From Lachnospiraceae bacterium (GTDB lineage: Bacteria > Bacillota > Clostridia > Lachnospirales > Lachnospiraceae), in assembly GCA_028696165.1 (NCBI GenBank), contig JAQVHQ010000011.1, positions 1,866-65,865 of the forward strand: 64,000 nucleotides of DNA, in the 5' to 3' direction. Position 1 is the stretch's first letter, and each line of letters starts with the position of its first letter. Shown piece after piece: positions 47,717 to 56,932 of this stretch. A model generated the notes under the pieces. It did not search any database. It saw only the letters and a program-made list of their open reading frames with translations, and had not been told where the DNA came from. The translations under genes were made by a program, and so were the position numbers.

Positions 47717-49159
47717 TTATTTGTCGTAATCTCCACGGATATCTTCCGTTGGCGGTTCCATCGGATACTTTCCGGTAAAGCATCCCTTACAGATTGGAAG
47801 GCCTTTGACCAGTTCTTCTAAGCGTTCCACACGCAGATAACCCAATGTATCTGCACCAATAATCTGACGAATATCTTCGATAGAACGATTATATGCAATC
47901 AGCTGCTCTCTTGCCGGCACGTCGGTACCAAAATAGCAAGGCCACAAAAATGGTGGTGAACTTACTCTCATGTGTACTTCTTTAGCACCTGCATCTTTTA
48001 GCATGCTGACAATACGGTCACTGGTTGTTCCACGAACAATGGAATCATCAATCATGATAACACGTTTTCCGGCTACCGCTTCTTTTAAAACATTTAATTT
48101 TACCTGAACACTGGATTCACGGCTGCTCTGCTTTGGTTTAATAAATGTACGTCCTACGTAACTGTTTTTTACAAATGCAGTACCATAAGGAATCCCCGAT
48201 TCCAGTGCATATCCCATAGCTGCTGCATTACCTGATTCCGGGACGCCTACAACCAAATCCGCATCCACCGGTGAATCCTGTGCAAGGAATCTTCCTGCCT
48301 GAATACGTGATGCATAGACACTCACTCCATCAATATGACTGTCTGGTCTTGCGAAATAAATGTATTCGAAGATACATCTTGCTTCCTGCTCCTGTGGCAG
48401 ACAAAGGCTGGTATCTGACTGAATACCTTCCTTCGTGATAGATACGATTTCACCCGGACGCACATCACGCACGTATTCTGCACCGATGGTATCCAGTGCA
48501 CAAGTCTCTGAAGTAATGATATAAGCATTATCTCTCTTACCAATTACCAATGGTTTGAATCCATAAGGATCTCTTGCACCAATCAGTTTTCTTGGTGACA
48601 TAACAATGAGGGAATATGCGCCCTTCATCTTGCGCATAGCTCTTCCTACCGCTTCTTCAACAGTCTTTGACTTCACACGTTCTCTGGCGATATGATAAGC
48701 AATTACCTCTGTATCAATCGTAGTCTGGAAAATAGCACCATCATATTCTAACTCCTTGCGAAGTTCCAGTGCATTAATCAGATTACCATTATGAGCCAGC
48801 CCTAAGGTACCTTTGATATAGTTCAATACTAAAGGCTGTGCATTTTCGCGGGTACTGGCACCGGCAGTGGAATAACGCACATGACCCACACCGATATCGC
48901 CCTTTAACTTAGCAAGTTCATCTCCGACAAAGACTTCATTGACCAGGCCCATTCCTTTATAGGAACTTACTTTACCTTTAGGTCCTAGTGTATCGCTTAC
49001 GGCAATACCGCAGCTTTCCTGGCCTCTGTGCTGCAGAGCCAGCAATCCATAGTATATACTGGAGGCTACGTCATTTCTATCCATATCATAGATACCGAAG
49101 ACGCCACACTCTTCTTTGATTTTATCTGTTACTTCTGTCTGTTCATATATATTGTTCAT
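47717..49159 (-). CDS. purF: amidophosphoribosyltransferase (start uncertain; propeptide before Cys)
   Basis: CGVFGIYD Ntn active-site Cys, PRT motif VIMIDDSIVRGTT, C-terminal Fe-S cysteines; alternative starts at 49195 and 49210. Confidence 0.92.
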   Translation of the reverse strand: MNNIYEQTEVTDKIKEECGVFGIYDMDRNDVASSIYYGLLALQHRGQESCGIAVSDTLGPKGKVSSYKGMGLVNEVFVGDELAKLKGDIGVGHVRYSTAGASTRENAQPLVLNYIKGTLGLAHNGNLINALELRKELEYDGAIFQTTIDTEVIAYHIARERVKSKTVEEAVGRAMRKMKGAYSLIVMSPRKLIGARDPYGFKPLVIGKRDNAYIITSETCALDTIGAEYVRDVRPGEIVSITKEGIQSDTSLCLPQEQEARCIFEYIYFARPDSHIDGVSVYASRIQAGRFLAQDSPVDADLVVGVPESGNAAAMGYALESGIPYGTAFVKNSYVGRTFIKPKQSSRESSVQVKLNVLKEAVAGKRVIMIDDSIVRGTTSDRIVSMLKDAGAKEVHMRVSSPPFLWPCYFGTDVPAREQLIAYNRSIEDIRQIIGADTLGYLRVERLEELVKGLPICKGCFTGKYPMEPPTEDIRGDYDK

Positions 49160-49213
49160 CAACGAATTAACCTTTCTTCCTGCAGCTGCTGCCATCTGTT
49201 CTATTCGCAACTA

Positions 49214-49924
49214 TTATGCTAAGCCTAAACGTTTGAATACTTCGTTATAAGCTTCTTCTACATTACCTAAATCACGACGGAAACGGTCTTTGTCAAGTTT
49301 TTCATTAGTTTCTACATCCCACAGTCTGCAGGTATCCGGTGAAACTTCATCTGCTAAGAGGATTTTTCCATCTTTATCTTTACCAAACTCGATTTTGAAA
49401 TCAATTAATTTCATTCCTGCATTTAAGAAATACTCTTTTAAGATTTCGTTTACTTTCAATGTATATTCTTTAATGGTGTCAATCTCTTCCTGGGTAGCCA
49501 GTCCTAAAGCTAAAGCATAAGAGTCATTGATAAATGGATCGCCTAAATCATCATTTTTGTAACTGAACTCTAAGATAGGGCAAAGAAGTGCAGTTCCTTC
49601 AGCAACTCCCATTCTCTTAGAAAAGCTTCCTGCTGCAACATTACGCACAATTACTTCCAATGGAACGATGCTTACTCTCTTAACAGCGGTCTCACGGTCA
49701 CTTAATTCCTCAACCAAATGAGTTGGAACGCCAGCTTTTTCAATCATCTTAAATACATGGTTAGTCATACGGTTATTGATAGCGCCTTTTCCTACGATAG
49801 TACCTTTTTTCTCGCCGTTAAATGCTGTTGCATCATCCTTATAATCAACGATTACTACCTCAGGATCCTCTGTTGTCCAAACCTTTTTTGCTTTGCCTTC
49901 GTACATTAACTCTTTTTTCTCCAT
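49214..49924 (-). CDS. purC: phosphoribosylaminoimidazole-succinocarboxamide synthase
   Basis: 236-aa [14 protein letters not shown]..., [22 protein letters not shown]. Confidence 0.95.
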   Translation of the reverse strand: MEKKELMYEGKAKKVWTTEDPEVVIVDYKDDATAFNGEKKGTIVGKGAINNRMTNHVFKMIEKAGVPTHLVEELSDRETAVKRVSIVPLEVIVRNVAAGSFSKRMGVAEGTALLCPILEFSYKNDDLGDPFINDSYALALGLATQEEIDTIKEYTLKVNEILKEYFLNAGMKLIDFKIEFGKDKDGKILLADEVSPDTCRLWDVETNEKLDKDRFRRDLGNVEEAYNEVFKRLGLA

Positions 49925-49988
49925 GGATTGTCACCTGTCCTTTTCTTCATTTTATATGTTAACTCTATGTTAAACGTATTCCTTATAA

Positions 49989-50017
49989 ATTATAATACAT
50001 CCACATGTGAAAAGCAA
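49989..50017 (-). promoter_or_regulatory. sigma-A type promoter of purC-purF-purB
   Basis: minus sense TTGCTT (50012-50017), 17-nt spacer, TATAAT (49989-49994). Confidence 0.55.
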
Positions 50018-50042
50018 TAATATGGAATTTAGAAGTTTACAC

Positions 50043-50082
50043 AAAAAATGCCGGTGAAATCTTACATTCACCGACATTTTTT
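50043..50082 (-). terminator. intrinsic terminator after the amino-acid ABC operon
   Basis: minus sense TGTCGGTGAA...TTCACCGGCA followed by TTTTTT. Confidence 0.75.
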
Positions 50083-50760
50083 CTAAAACTTTCCGAGGAA
50101 CTCATTCAATCTTTCATGGTGAGAAGAAAATACTTCTTCCGAAGTTCCTTCAACAGCAATCAGCCCACCATCCATAAAGATTACATGATCTGCCACATTC
50201 TTAGCAAAATTCATCTCATGGGTAACAATCACCATGGTCATCTTCTCTTCTGCCAGCTGACGGATAACTTTTAAGATTTCTCCAGTCAGTTCCGGATCCA
50301 AAGCCGACGTCGGTTCATCAAAAAATAAGATATCCGGTTTCATAGCTAATGCTCTGGCAATAGAAACCCTCTGCTGCTGTCCACCAGAGAGCTGATATGG
50401 ATAAGCTTTTTCTTTATCCTCAAGTCCCATCTTCTTCAACAATACTCTGGCCTCTTCCATCACCTCAGATTTTTTTCTCTTCTGAACCCGAAGCGGTGCA
50501 TCTGTAATATTCTTCAACACAGTATAATGAGGAAATAAATTAAAGTTCTGAAATACCAGCCCGAAAGTACCATTATACAGAATCTCACCCTCATCCTGGG
50601 TCTCCAAACCGGTAGCACAGCGAAGTAAAGTGGATTTTCCTGAACCGGAAGGTCCGATAATTCCCAATACTTCTCCCTCTTCAACCGTCAGCGAAATATC
50701 TTTCAGTACACTTAAACCATCAAAACTTTTTTTGATATGTCTCATTTCCAATAAACTCAT
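50083..50760 (-). CDS. amino acid ABC transporter ATP-binding protein
   Basis: GPSGSGKST Walker [16 protein letters not shown] signature, [12 protein letters not shown]. Confidence 0.92.
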   Translation of the reverse strand: MSLLEMRHIKKSFDGLSVLKDISLTVEEGEVLGIIGPSGSGKSTLLRCATGLETQDEGEILYNGTFGLVFQNFNLFPHYTVLKNITDAPLRVQKRKKSEVMEEARVLLKKMGLEDKEKAYPYQLSGGQQQRVSIARALAMKPDILFFDEPTSALDPELTGEILKVIRQLAEEKMTMVIVTHEMNFAKNVADHVIFMDGGLIAVEGTSEEVFSSHHERLNEFLGKF

Positions 50761-50770
50761 GATATTCCTC

Positions 50771-51421
50771 CTAACGATAATAGTTTAATTTTCTCTCAAT
50801 AGTATTCATCACAACAGCCACCAGCAGATTAAATATGTAATAGAAAAGTGCTGCCACCACAAATGGCATCATTGTTGTCTGCGAACTGGCGATCTGCTTT
50901 GCAATAGTAAACATCTCTGATACAGCCAGTACAAATGCCAGTGATGTATCTTTAACCAGTGTGATTACTTCATTGGTAATGGATGGAAGAATTCTCTTGA
51001 CTACCTGGGGAAGTATAATATGTATAAAAGTCTGGGCTTTACTATATCCCAATAATTTTGCAGCCTCATACTGTCCCACTGGCATAGATTCTATTCCGCC
51101 ACGATATATTTCAGCAAAATAAGCTGCATAATTAATAGCAAATCCAATAAGTACTGCTATAATACTGTATGATTTTGTAATACGAACGCCAAATATAAAA
51201 TATGGTCCGAAGTATACCACCATCAGCTGCAGCATCAACGGGGTTCCTCTCATAATTGAAATGTATGCGCTGGAAAGCCACCGAAGCACAGTAATCTTCG
51301 ACATTCTTCCAAAGCATATCACCAATCCCAACGGCAGGGAAAAGACCAGCGTCAGTACAAATATTTCTATAGACACCAGCATTCCACTGGAAAGCTGCTG
51401 CAACATAACTGATAAATTCAT
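50771..51421 (-). CDS. amino acid ABC transporter permease (HisM/GlnP type)
   Basis: 216-aa ORF with [23 protein letters not shown] loop. Confidence 0.88.
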   Translation of the reverse strand: MNLSVMLQQLSSGMLVSIEIFVLTLVFSLPLGLVICFGRMSKITVLRWLSSAYISIMRGTPLMLQLMVVYFGPYFIFGVRITKSYSIIAVLIGFAINYAAYFAEIYRGGIESMPVGQYEAAKLLGYSKAQTFIHIILPQVVKRILPSITNEVITLVKDTSLAFVLAVSEMFTIAKQIASSQTTMMPFVVAALFYYIFNLLVAVVMNTIERKLNYYR

Positions 51422-51561
51422 GGTTACCTCCTTTAGACAAAAAAGCCGAGTGCCTTACAACAGAAAATGAAAATACCTGAACGGTATCTTCATTTTCTAT
51501 GACACATTATATTCTTGTAATTGCTGTCTTTTATAATTTGTATAAACTTATAATAATTCTT

Positions 51562-52446
51562 TTACTTACCTAAGCAAAGCATCGCTGGATCGATTCCGTA
51601 TTTAACTGCAATCTCTTCAAATTCTCCGCTTTCTACCATCTTCATCAGTTCTGCCTGAACAGCATCTTTTAAAGCCTCATCACCTTTACGGAATCCGATA
51701 CCATACTGTTCTGTATAGAATGGCTCGTCAAGGATTACATATGCGCCTTCTTCTCTCTGTTCCAGCTGATACTGTGCAACACCGATATCAATAGCAACAG
51801 CATCTGCAGCACCTGATTCCATGTTCATAAATGCTGTATTGTAATCCGGGTTCTCAGTTAAAGAAGCGAAACTTGCTGTCAAATCAGCACAATCTTCTCC
51901 ATTTAAAGCTTCCAAAGCTGCTGAAGCTGCCTGAACTACTACATTCTTACCTGCTAAATCTTCCAGAGAAGTAATTCCGGAATCAGCAGCAACCACCATA
52001 ACCTGAGTATTATCTACATATGGATCAGACCATGTATACATATCCTCACGATCCGGAGTAATCGAAAATCCATTCCAGATACAATCTATAGTTCCAGATT
52101 CTAATTCCATATCTTTAGAATCCCAGTTAATAGGTTTCTTTTCTAATGTCCATCCCAATGCATCACAAACTGCCTGAGCACAATCTAAATCAAAACCAAC
52201 ATACTCTCCTGAATCATCCATATAACCATATGGTGGATATTCTGCATCAAAACCAACAATAAAAGTATCACGCTCAGCAGATGTATCTTCAGCTGCCGCT
52301 TCTTCTGTTGCTTCCTCTGACTCTCCTTCTGAAACCGGTGCTGTCTCTGAAGTGGTTGTCTTTGCACTATCACTGCTTCCACATCCCATAACCATGACTG
52401 AAACCATCGTTGCTGATAATAATATACTAATCACTTTTTTCTTCAT
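51562..52446 (-). CDS. amino acid ABC transporter substrate-binding lipoprotein
   Basis: AAGGAG RBS then MKKKVISILLSATMVSVMVMGCGSS lipobox; SBP family-3 body (FIVGFDAEYPPYGY). The 503-aa ORF in the track is read-through of the upstream non-coding DNA. Confidence 0.88.
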   Translation of the reverse strand: MKKKVISILLSATMVSVMVMGCGSSDSAKTTTSETAPVSEGESEEATEEAAAEDTSAERDTFIVGFDAEYPPYGYMDDSGEYVGFDLDCAQAVCDALGWTLEKKPINWDSKDMELESGTIDCIWNGFSITPDREDMYTWSDPYVDNTQVMVVAADSGITSLEDLAGKNVVVQAASAALEALNGEDCADLTASFASLTENPDYNTAFMNMESGAADAVAIDIGVAQYQLEQREEGAYVILDEPFYTEQYGIGFRKGDEALKDAVQAELMKMVESGEFEEIAVKYGIDPAMLCLGK

Positions 52447-52520
52447 AATCCTACTCCTTTTCTTCCTGGTAATCTTTAATACAAAAATAGACTTTGTGTT
52501 TATCACAATGTCACTCTGCC

Positions 52521-52550
52521 ATTCTATCACACTAAAGTCGAAAGTGTCAA
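52521..52550 (-). promoter_or_regulatory. sigma-A type promoter of the amino-acid ABC operon
   Basis: minus sense TTGACA (52545-52550), 18-nt spacer, TAGAAT (52521-52526). Confidence 0.55.
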
Positions 52551-52605
52551 TGAGAGACGGACATTTCGGGAAAAATGTTAGAAGCGGGGGGGATGGCAGG
52601 GGGAC

Positions 52606-52752
52606 GCAGGAGAAGAGACGGGGGCGGGGCAGAAAACGCGTCGTCCTCCTCAGCTGCCGAAACCCCGGGCATGCGGCTCCCGCCTTTGCCCGGCGGCGAT
52701 CTTCGGACTCCTTTGGCTTGACTTTCTGCCCCGCCCCCGTCTCTTCTCCTGC
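52606..52752. repeat. GC-rich 30-bp perfect inverted repeat with 87-nt GC-rich spacer
   Basis: GCAGGAGAAGAGACGGGGGCGGGGCAGAAA (52606-52635) / TTTCTGCCCCGCCCCCGTCTCTTCTCCTGC (52723-52752); spacer holds the nested hairpin CCGGGC...GCCCGG. Confidence 0.9.
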
Positions 52753-52906
52753 TGTTTGTTGGCGATAACTGGGAAAGGCGAGATAACATTTGTTCCCTGG
52801 TGGGGATGCCCTTTGGGTGGTTGCGGGCGTGACTGTGTGGATTGTCTGTTTTTTATATTCGTGATATGTTGTGTTGATAAATATATGCGTACTTAACAAT
52901 AAGCAG

Positions 52907-53193
52907 CCGTAGCACGAAGAACACCCATCTGACTGCGGAAAAGTCGAGTTTTTATGGATATGGGATGAGCTGATATACATCTTGATGCGAAAGAACCGGT
53001 TACAGCCGGGCGACGGGTATTTACCAAAATACCCGTCGAGGACGCTCTGAGGCGTGTATGCATCAGCATACACACCGAATGCGGCCGCTCCCGGCTGTAA
53101 CCGGTTCTTTCACATCTAGATGTATACAGCAAAATCCCCCTATCCATAAAAACCGACTTTCCCGCAGTCAGATGGGTGTTCTTCGTGTTACGG
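52907..53193. ncRNA. unclassified ornate structured element, family copy 3 of 3
   Basis: about 57-bp outer helix, GCTG/CAGC, 36-bp P2 with T.T and C.A mismatches, hairpin loop TTACCAAA, invariant GTATGCATCAGCATAC at 53056-53071. Confidence 0.55.
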
Positions 53194-53198
53194 CGTCC

Positions 53199-54893
53199 TC
53201 ACTCCACCTTCTCCAATCGCCCCACAACAATCTTCCTAAGCATCTCCACCTTCTCTTCAGCCTCTGCTGCATTCTTCCCCCTGGTATAAATATAAATCTT
53301 AATCTTTGGTTCCGTTCCCGAAGGTCTGACTGCAAACCAGCTTCCATCTTCTAATAGAAACTTCAGTACATTTGAAGGCCCTATATCTTCATATCCGTTA
53401 ATATAATCAATTTCCTTTGCCACCTTAATCCCATCATATTCCATTAATGGATTCTCGCGATAGGAAATCATCATACGTTCAATTCTCTTAGCCCCCTCTA
53501 TTCCATCATAAATCAGTGAAATCTGAGCTTCTTTGTAGTATCCATATTGCCTGTAAATATCTTCCAGCACATCTAACAAACTTTTCCCCATCTTTTTATA
53601 ATATGCCGCAGCTTCACACACCAGCATAGAAGTACTTACTCCATCTTTATCTCTCACAGCTTCACTGGGAGCATAACCGATACTCTCTTCATAGCCAAAT
53701 AAATAACGATATCCTTCCTGTTCCATAACCGGAATTTTTCCACAGATATTTTTAAATCCTGTCAGGGACTCATACATCTTTACTCCATGCTGTTTTGCTA
53801 TTTCTTTTCCCAAATCTCCCGTTACGATAGATTTTACCATTGCTCCATTATCAGGAAGACTTCCCTTGGTCAAAAGTCCTTCTAATATATAGTTAATCAG
53901 CAGTACCCCTGCCTGATTTCCATTAATCGGAACATAGTCTCCCTGCTTATTTCTTACTTCCATAGCAAAACGATCGCTGTCTGGATCGGTTGCAATAAGA
54001 ATATCTGCCGATTTTTCCCCGCCTAATTTTTCAGCATATTTGAATGCTTTTGTATCTTCAGGATTCGGATATCCTACCGTAGGAAAGTCTCCGTCCGGGT
54101 GCTCTTGTTCAGGAACCACAGATACATTAGCAAAGCCTCTTCTTTTTAATATCTTTTGCACAGGTATACTTCCAGCTCCATTTAATGGTGTATAGACAAT
54201 AGACACTGTCTTATCAAGATCTTCTTCTCTTGCCATAGCCAGTCCTTCCACCATTTTCAAATAAGCTTCATCCATTTCTTCGCCTAAGTACTCCAACAGA
54301 TTTTTCTCTGCTGCGCTGTCCAATGATATGCTTTTGATATCCTCAAACATATCGACCTGTGTGATTTCTTCTGTCATCCCATCTGCGATATACTCGGCAA
54401 CCTGTGCGCCGTCTTCCCAATAGACTTTGTACCCGTTATATTCTTTGGGATTATGGCTTGCCGTAATATTAATTCCCGCTGATGCACCTGTTTTTCTTAT
54501 GGCAAATGATAGTTCCGGTGTTGGTCTAAGGGATGGAAACAGGTAGACTTTTATGTTATTTCCAGCAAGAATCTGTGCGGCATACTCTGCAAATTCCCGG
54601 GAATGATGGCGGCTGTCGTATGCTATTACTACGCCTTTATGCATACAGTCTTCGCCCTGCTTTTTCATATAGTCAGCAATGCCCTGGGTAGCTTTTCCAA
54701 CGGTATACCTGTTCATCCGGTTAATTCCAGCTCCCATTTTTCCTCTAAGGCCAGCCGTGCCAAAGGATAAGGGTTTATAGAATCTCTCTTTAATCTCCTG
54801 CTCATCCTGCTTGATGGCAAGTAATTCTTTCTTTGTATCAGCATCCAAATTCTTGTTGTTCAGCCATTCTTCATATATCTTTACTGCATCCAT
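53199..54893 (-). CDS. phosphoglucomutase / phosphomannomutase family protein
   Basis: 564-aa ORF; active-site TASHNPKEYNGYK, metal loop ATDPDSDR, GYEESIG. Confidence 0.92.
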   Translation of the reverse strand: MDAVKIYEEWLNNKNLDADTKKELLAIKQDEQEIKERFYKPLSFGTAGLRGKMGAGINRMNRYTVGKATQGIADYMKKQGEDCMHKGVVIAYDSRHHSREFAEYAAQILAGNNIKVYLFPSLRPTPELSFAIRKTGASAGINITASHNPKEYNGYKVYWEDGAQVAEYIADGMTEEITQVDMFEDIKSISLDSAAEKNLLEYLGEEMDEAYLKMVEGLAMAREEDLDKTVSIVYTPLNGAGSIPVQKILKRRGFANVSVVPEQEHPDGDFPTVGYPNPEDTKAFKYAEKLGGEKSADILIATDPDSDRFAMEVRNKQGDYVPINGNQAGVLLINYILEGLLTKGSLPDNGAMVKSIVTGDLGKEIAKQHGVKMYESLTGFKNICGKIPVMEQEGYRYLFGYEESIGYAPSEAVRDKDGVSTSMLVCEAAAYYKKMGKSLLDVLEDIYRQYGYYKEAQISLIYDGIEGAKRIERMMISYRENPLMEYDGIKVAKEIDYINGYEDIGPSNVLKFLLEDGSWFAVRPSGTEPKIKIYIYTRGKNAAEAEEKVEMLRKIVVGRLEKVE

Positions 54894-55191
54894 AACTTTT
54901 CTGATACCTCCTGTAATATTTATAATCGGGAAAATTTGACAGTTCTTTCTACATATATTTGGTGATTTTAAATAATCGGTCTCTATTGGCCAAAAGCTGC
55001 CACTATTTTATCCTTTAGAACCATGTATATTTTCAAACATATAATACACTGATTTTAACTCTTATATCCTATAATTATTCCTATTATTTTTATCATATCA
55101 CAAATTTATAATATATATCACTGTAACTTTCATACGCTCAGAATTTTTCTGTTTTTCTTCATGCAATCATTCCAAATAATTCCCGAAATCG

Positions 55192-55231
55192 CAAAAAAGA
55201 GATTTGTCTACATCAATATAGACAAATCTCT
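55192..55231 (-). terminator. intrinsic terminator after crcB
   Basis: minus sense AGAGATTTGTCTA...TAGACAAATCTCT followed by TTTTTTG. Confidence 0.8.
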
Positions 55232-55242
55232 TTGCAAAATCT

Positions 55243-55611
55243 TTAAGCGGTAATCATCTCTCCTGCAAAAACTGCTAAGACTGACAGCGCAATACTACAT
55301 ATCATATATACAGCTGCCAAAAGGGTCTTCCCGGATGACATCATATTGGAACTTTCTAAAGCAAACGTGGAAAATGTTGTAAAACCGCCACATACTCCAA
55401 CTCTTAAGAACAAAGACAGTCGATCATCTATCTGATGCCCATGCACTGCTGCCCCTGCTATAAGCCCGATCAAAAATGCTCCCAGAATATTCGTGAGCAG
55501 TGTTGCGAAGGGAAATCCTCCTCTTCCCTGTATAGAAGACAGGCTTAAAAGATATCTTAAAACAGCACCTATTGCACCACCTGCACCTATGATACAGCAA
55601 TTTATAATCAT
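55243..55611 (-). CDS. crcB: fluoride ion channel CrcB/Fluc
   Basis: 122-aa four-TM ORF; GAVLRY, GGFTTFSTF motifs. Confidence 0.9.
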   Translation of the reverse strand: MIINCCIIGAGGAIGAVLRYLLSLSSIQGRGGFPFATLLTNILGAFLIGLIAGAAVHGHQIDDRLSLFLRVGVCGGFTTFSTFALESSNMMSSGKTLLAAVYMICSIALSVLAVFAGEMITA

Positions 55612-55651
55612 CAGACTTCCCTCCCCAGTAACCAGCTAATCTGCCGCTCGG

Positions 55652-56830
55652 TTAAATTTCTTTTCCTTTAGTAGCAATCGCATGAACAATAAATGGTACA
55701 AACAATGTTATAAATGCAGCATATCCCAGATAAGCATATCCTTTCTTAACTACAGCCATCAGACCAAACTGTGCAATAGCAAATGCAAGGAAGGTAAACA
55801 CTAAGGTAAAGATTGCATTTCGTACCAGATGACCTTGTTTTCTCTGGTCTTCTGTCGCCATACGTCTTTCGATGGCATTTACACAACGGGTTACAATTCC
55901 GGAAATCATATTAACTGCCGTTGATATAGCACCGAGGATGATTAAGATAGAAATAATTGGTGTTAAAATACCGGAAGCTACACCATTCTGTACAAGTACA
56001 AGCATAGGAACAGAGGCTGTCGCTAAATCTGCTACAAATGCAACAGCCAGCAGTCCAATAATAGACAATTCCATTGCTCCAAAGTTACATAAGAACATGG
56101 CAATTGCCGATTTATTAATCTGTTTTGGATCGGTTACTGGCTCCACATGCTGATACATAACTGACACAGAAGCCAGCTGGAAGAAGAAATACAGAACAGC
56201 CGACCACAGTGCAGGTCCAAAAGCACCTGTTTCTGAGGACAGCACCGCCATCTCTCCCGAAGTCATTTTTCCGATGGCATCTGTAATCGCGTCCCACTGA
56301 ACCACAATATTCGGAACCAGTACAACCACCAGACCGATAATAATTAACACACTTAAAGTAGAAGCACATTTTCGAACTACACTGGTGCCAAATAATGCAA
56401 TCACAAAAATAAATACTGCAATAATTAATGTACACATCCAATAAGGAATTCCAAATAAAGTATTAATGGTAGAACCGCCAGTTGCAAATGCCGCTGCCGA
56501 AGCTGTGCCAATCATAATCAGATAGCAGACCTCATATAAATTGGACATTACCGGACGGGTTTTGCCATACAGACTATCCGAAAAAGTTCGATAATCGTAA
56601 GTTTTATGCTTGTAGGCATAACGCATACCATACCAGAAAAACAGTGCGTATAATCCCTGTGTCAGAATTGGCAGAATCAAACACCAGATTCCGAAATTGA
56701 TAAAATACTGATAAATCTGAGCCCCGGAAGCAAATCCGCCTCCAAACTGGGTGGTAAATGCCACAAAAGCCATTCCCATCACCAGGGGCATCTTATTTTT
56801 GTCTACTAATAATGTTTTTTTCTCACTCAT
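55652..56830 (-). CDS. polytopic membrane protein, putative transporter (YkvI-like?)
   Basis: about 390 aa, 11-12 predicted TM segments, TTQFGGGFASGAQ near the N-terminus; family assignment tentative. Confidence 0.45.
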   Translation of the reverse strand: MSEKKTLLVDKNKMPLVMGMAFVAFTTQFGGGFASGAQIYQYFINFGIWCLILPILTQGLYALFFWYGMRYAYKHKTYDYRTFSDSLYGKTRPVMSNLYEVCYLIMIGTASAAAFATGGSTINTLFGIPYWMCTLIIAVFIFVIALFGTSVVRKCASTLSVLIIIGLVVVLVPNIVVQWDAITDAIGKMTSGEMAVLSSETGAFGPALWSAVLYFFFQLASVSVMYQHVEPVTDPKQINKSAIAMFLCNFGAMELSIIGLLAVAFVADLATASVPMLVLVQNGVASGILTPIISILIILGAISTAVNMISGIVTRCVNAIERRMATEDQRKQGHLVRNAIFTLVFTFLAFAIAQFGLMAVVKKGYAYLGYAAFITLFVPFIVHAIATKGKEI

Positions 56831-56932
56831 GTTTCTTCCCCTTTGTATCATTCGATTTTTGTAAATCTCTTTTCTATATTTTTTCTCAGTCAGATCCAGC
56901 GGATATTCTAAATCCGTTTCGCTGCATGACAG

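Noticed and set aside
49925-50082. Purine riboswitch upstream of purC
   Set aside because: The region contains only a promoter-like TTGCTT-17-TATAAT and the terminator of the upstream operon. No conserved purine-riboswitch loops or junction are present.
52447-53073. 209-codon N-terminal extension of the amino-acid-binding lipoprotein ORF (51562-53073)
   Set aside because: The extension reads through a promoter, the GC-rich inverted repeat and element copy 3. A canonical AAGGAG RBS, ATG and lipobox signal peptide begin at 52446.
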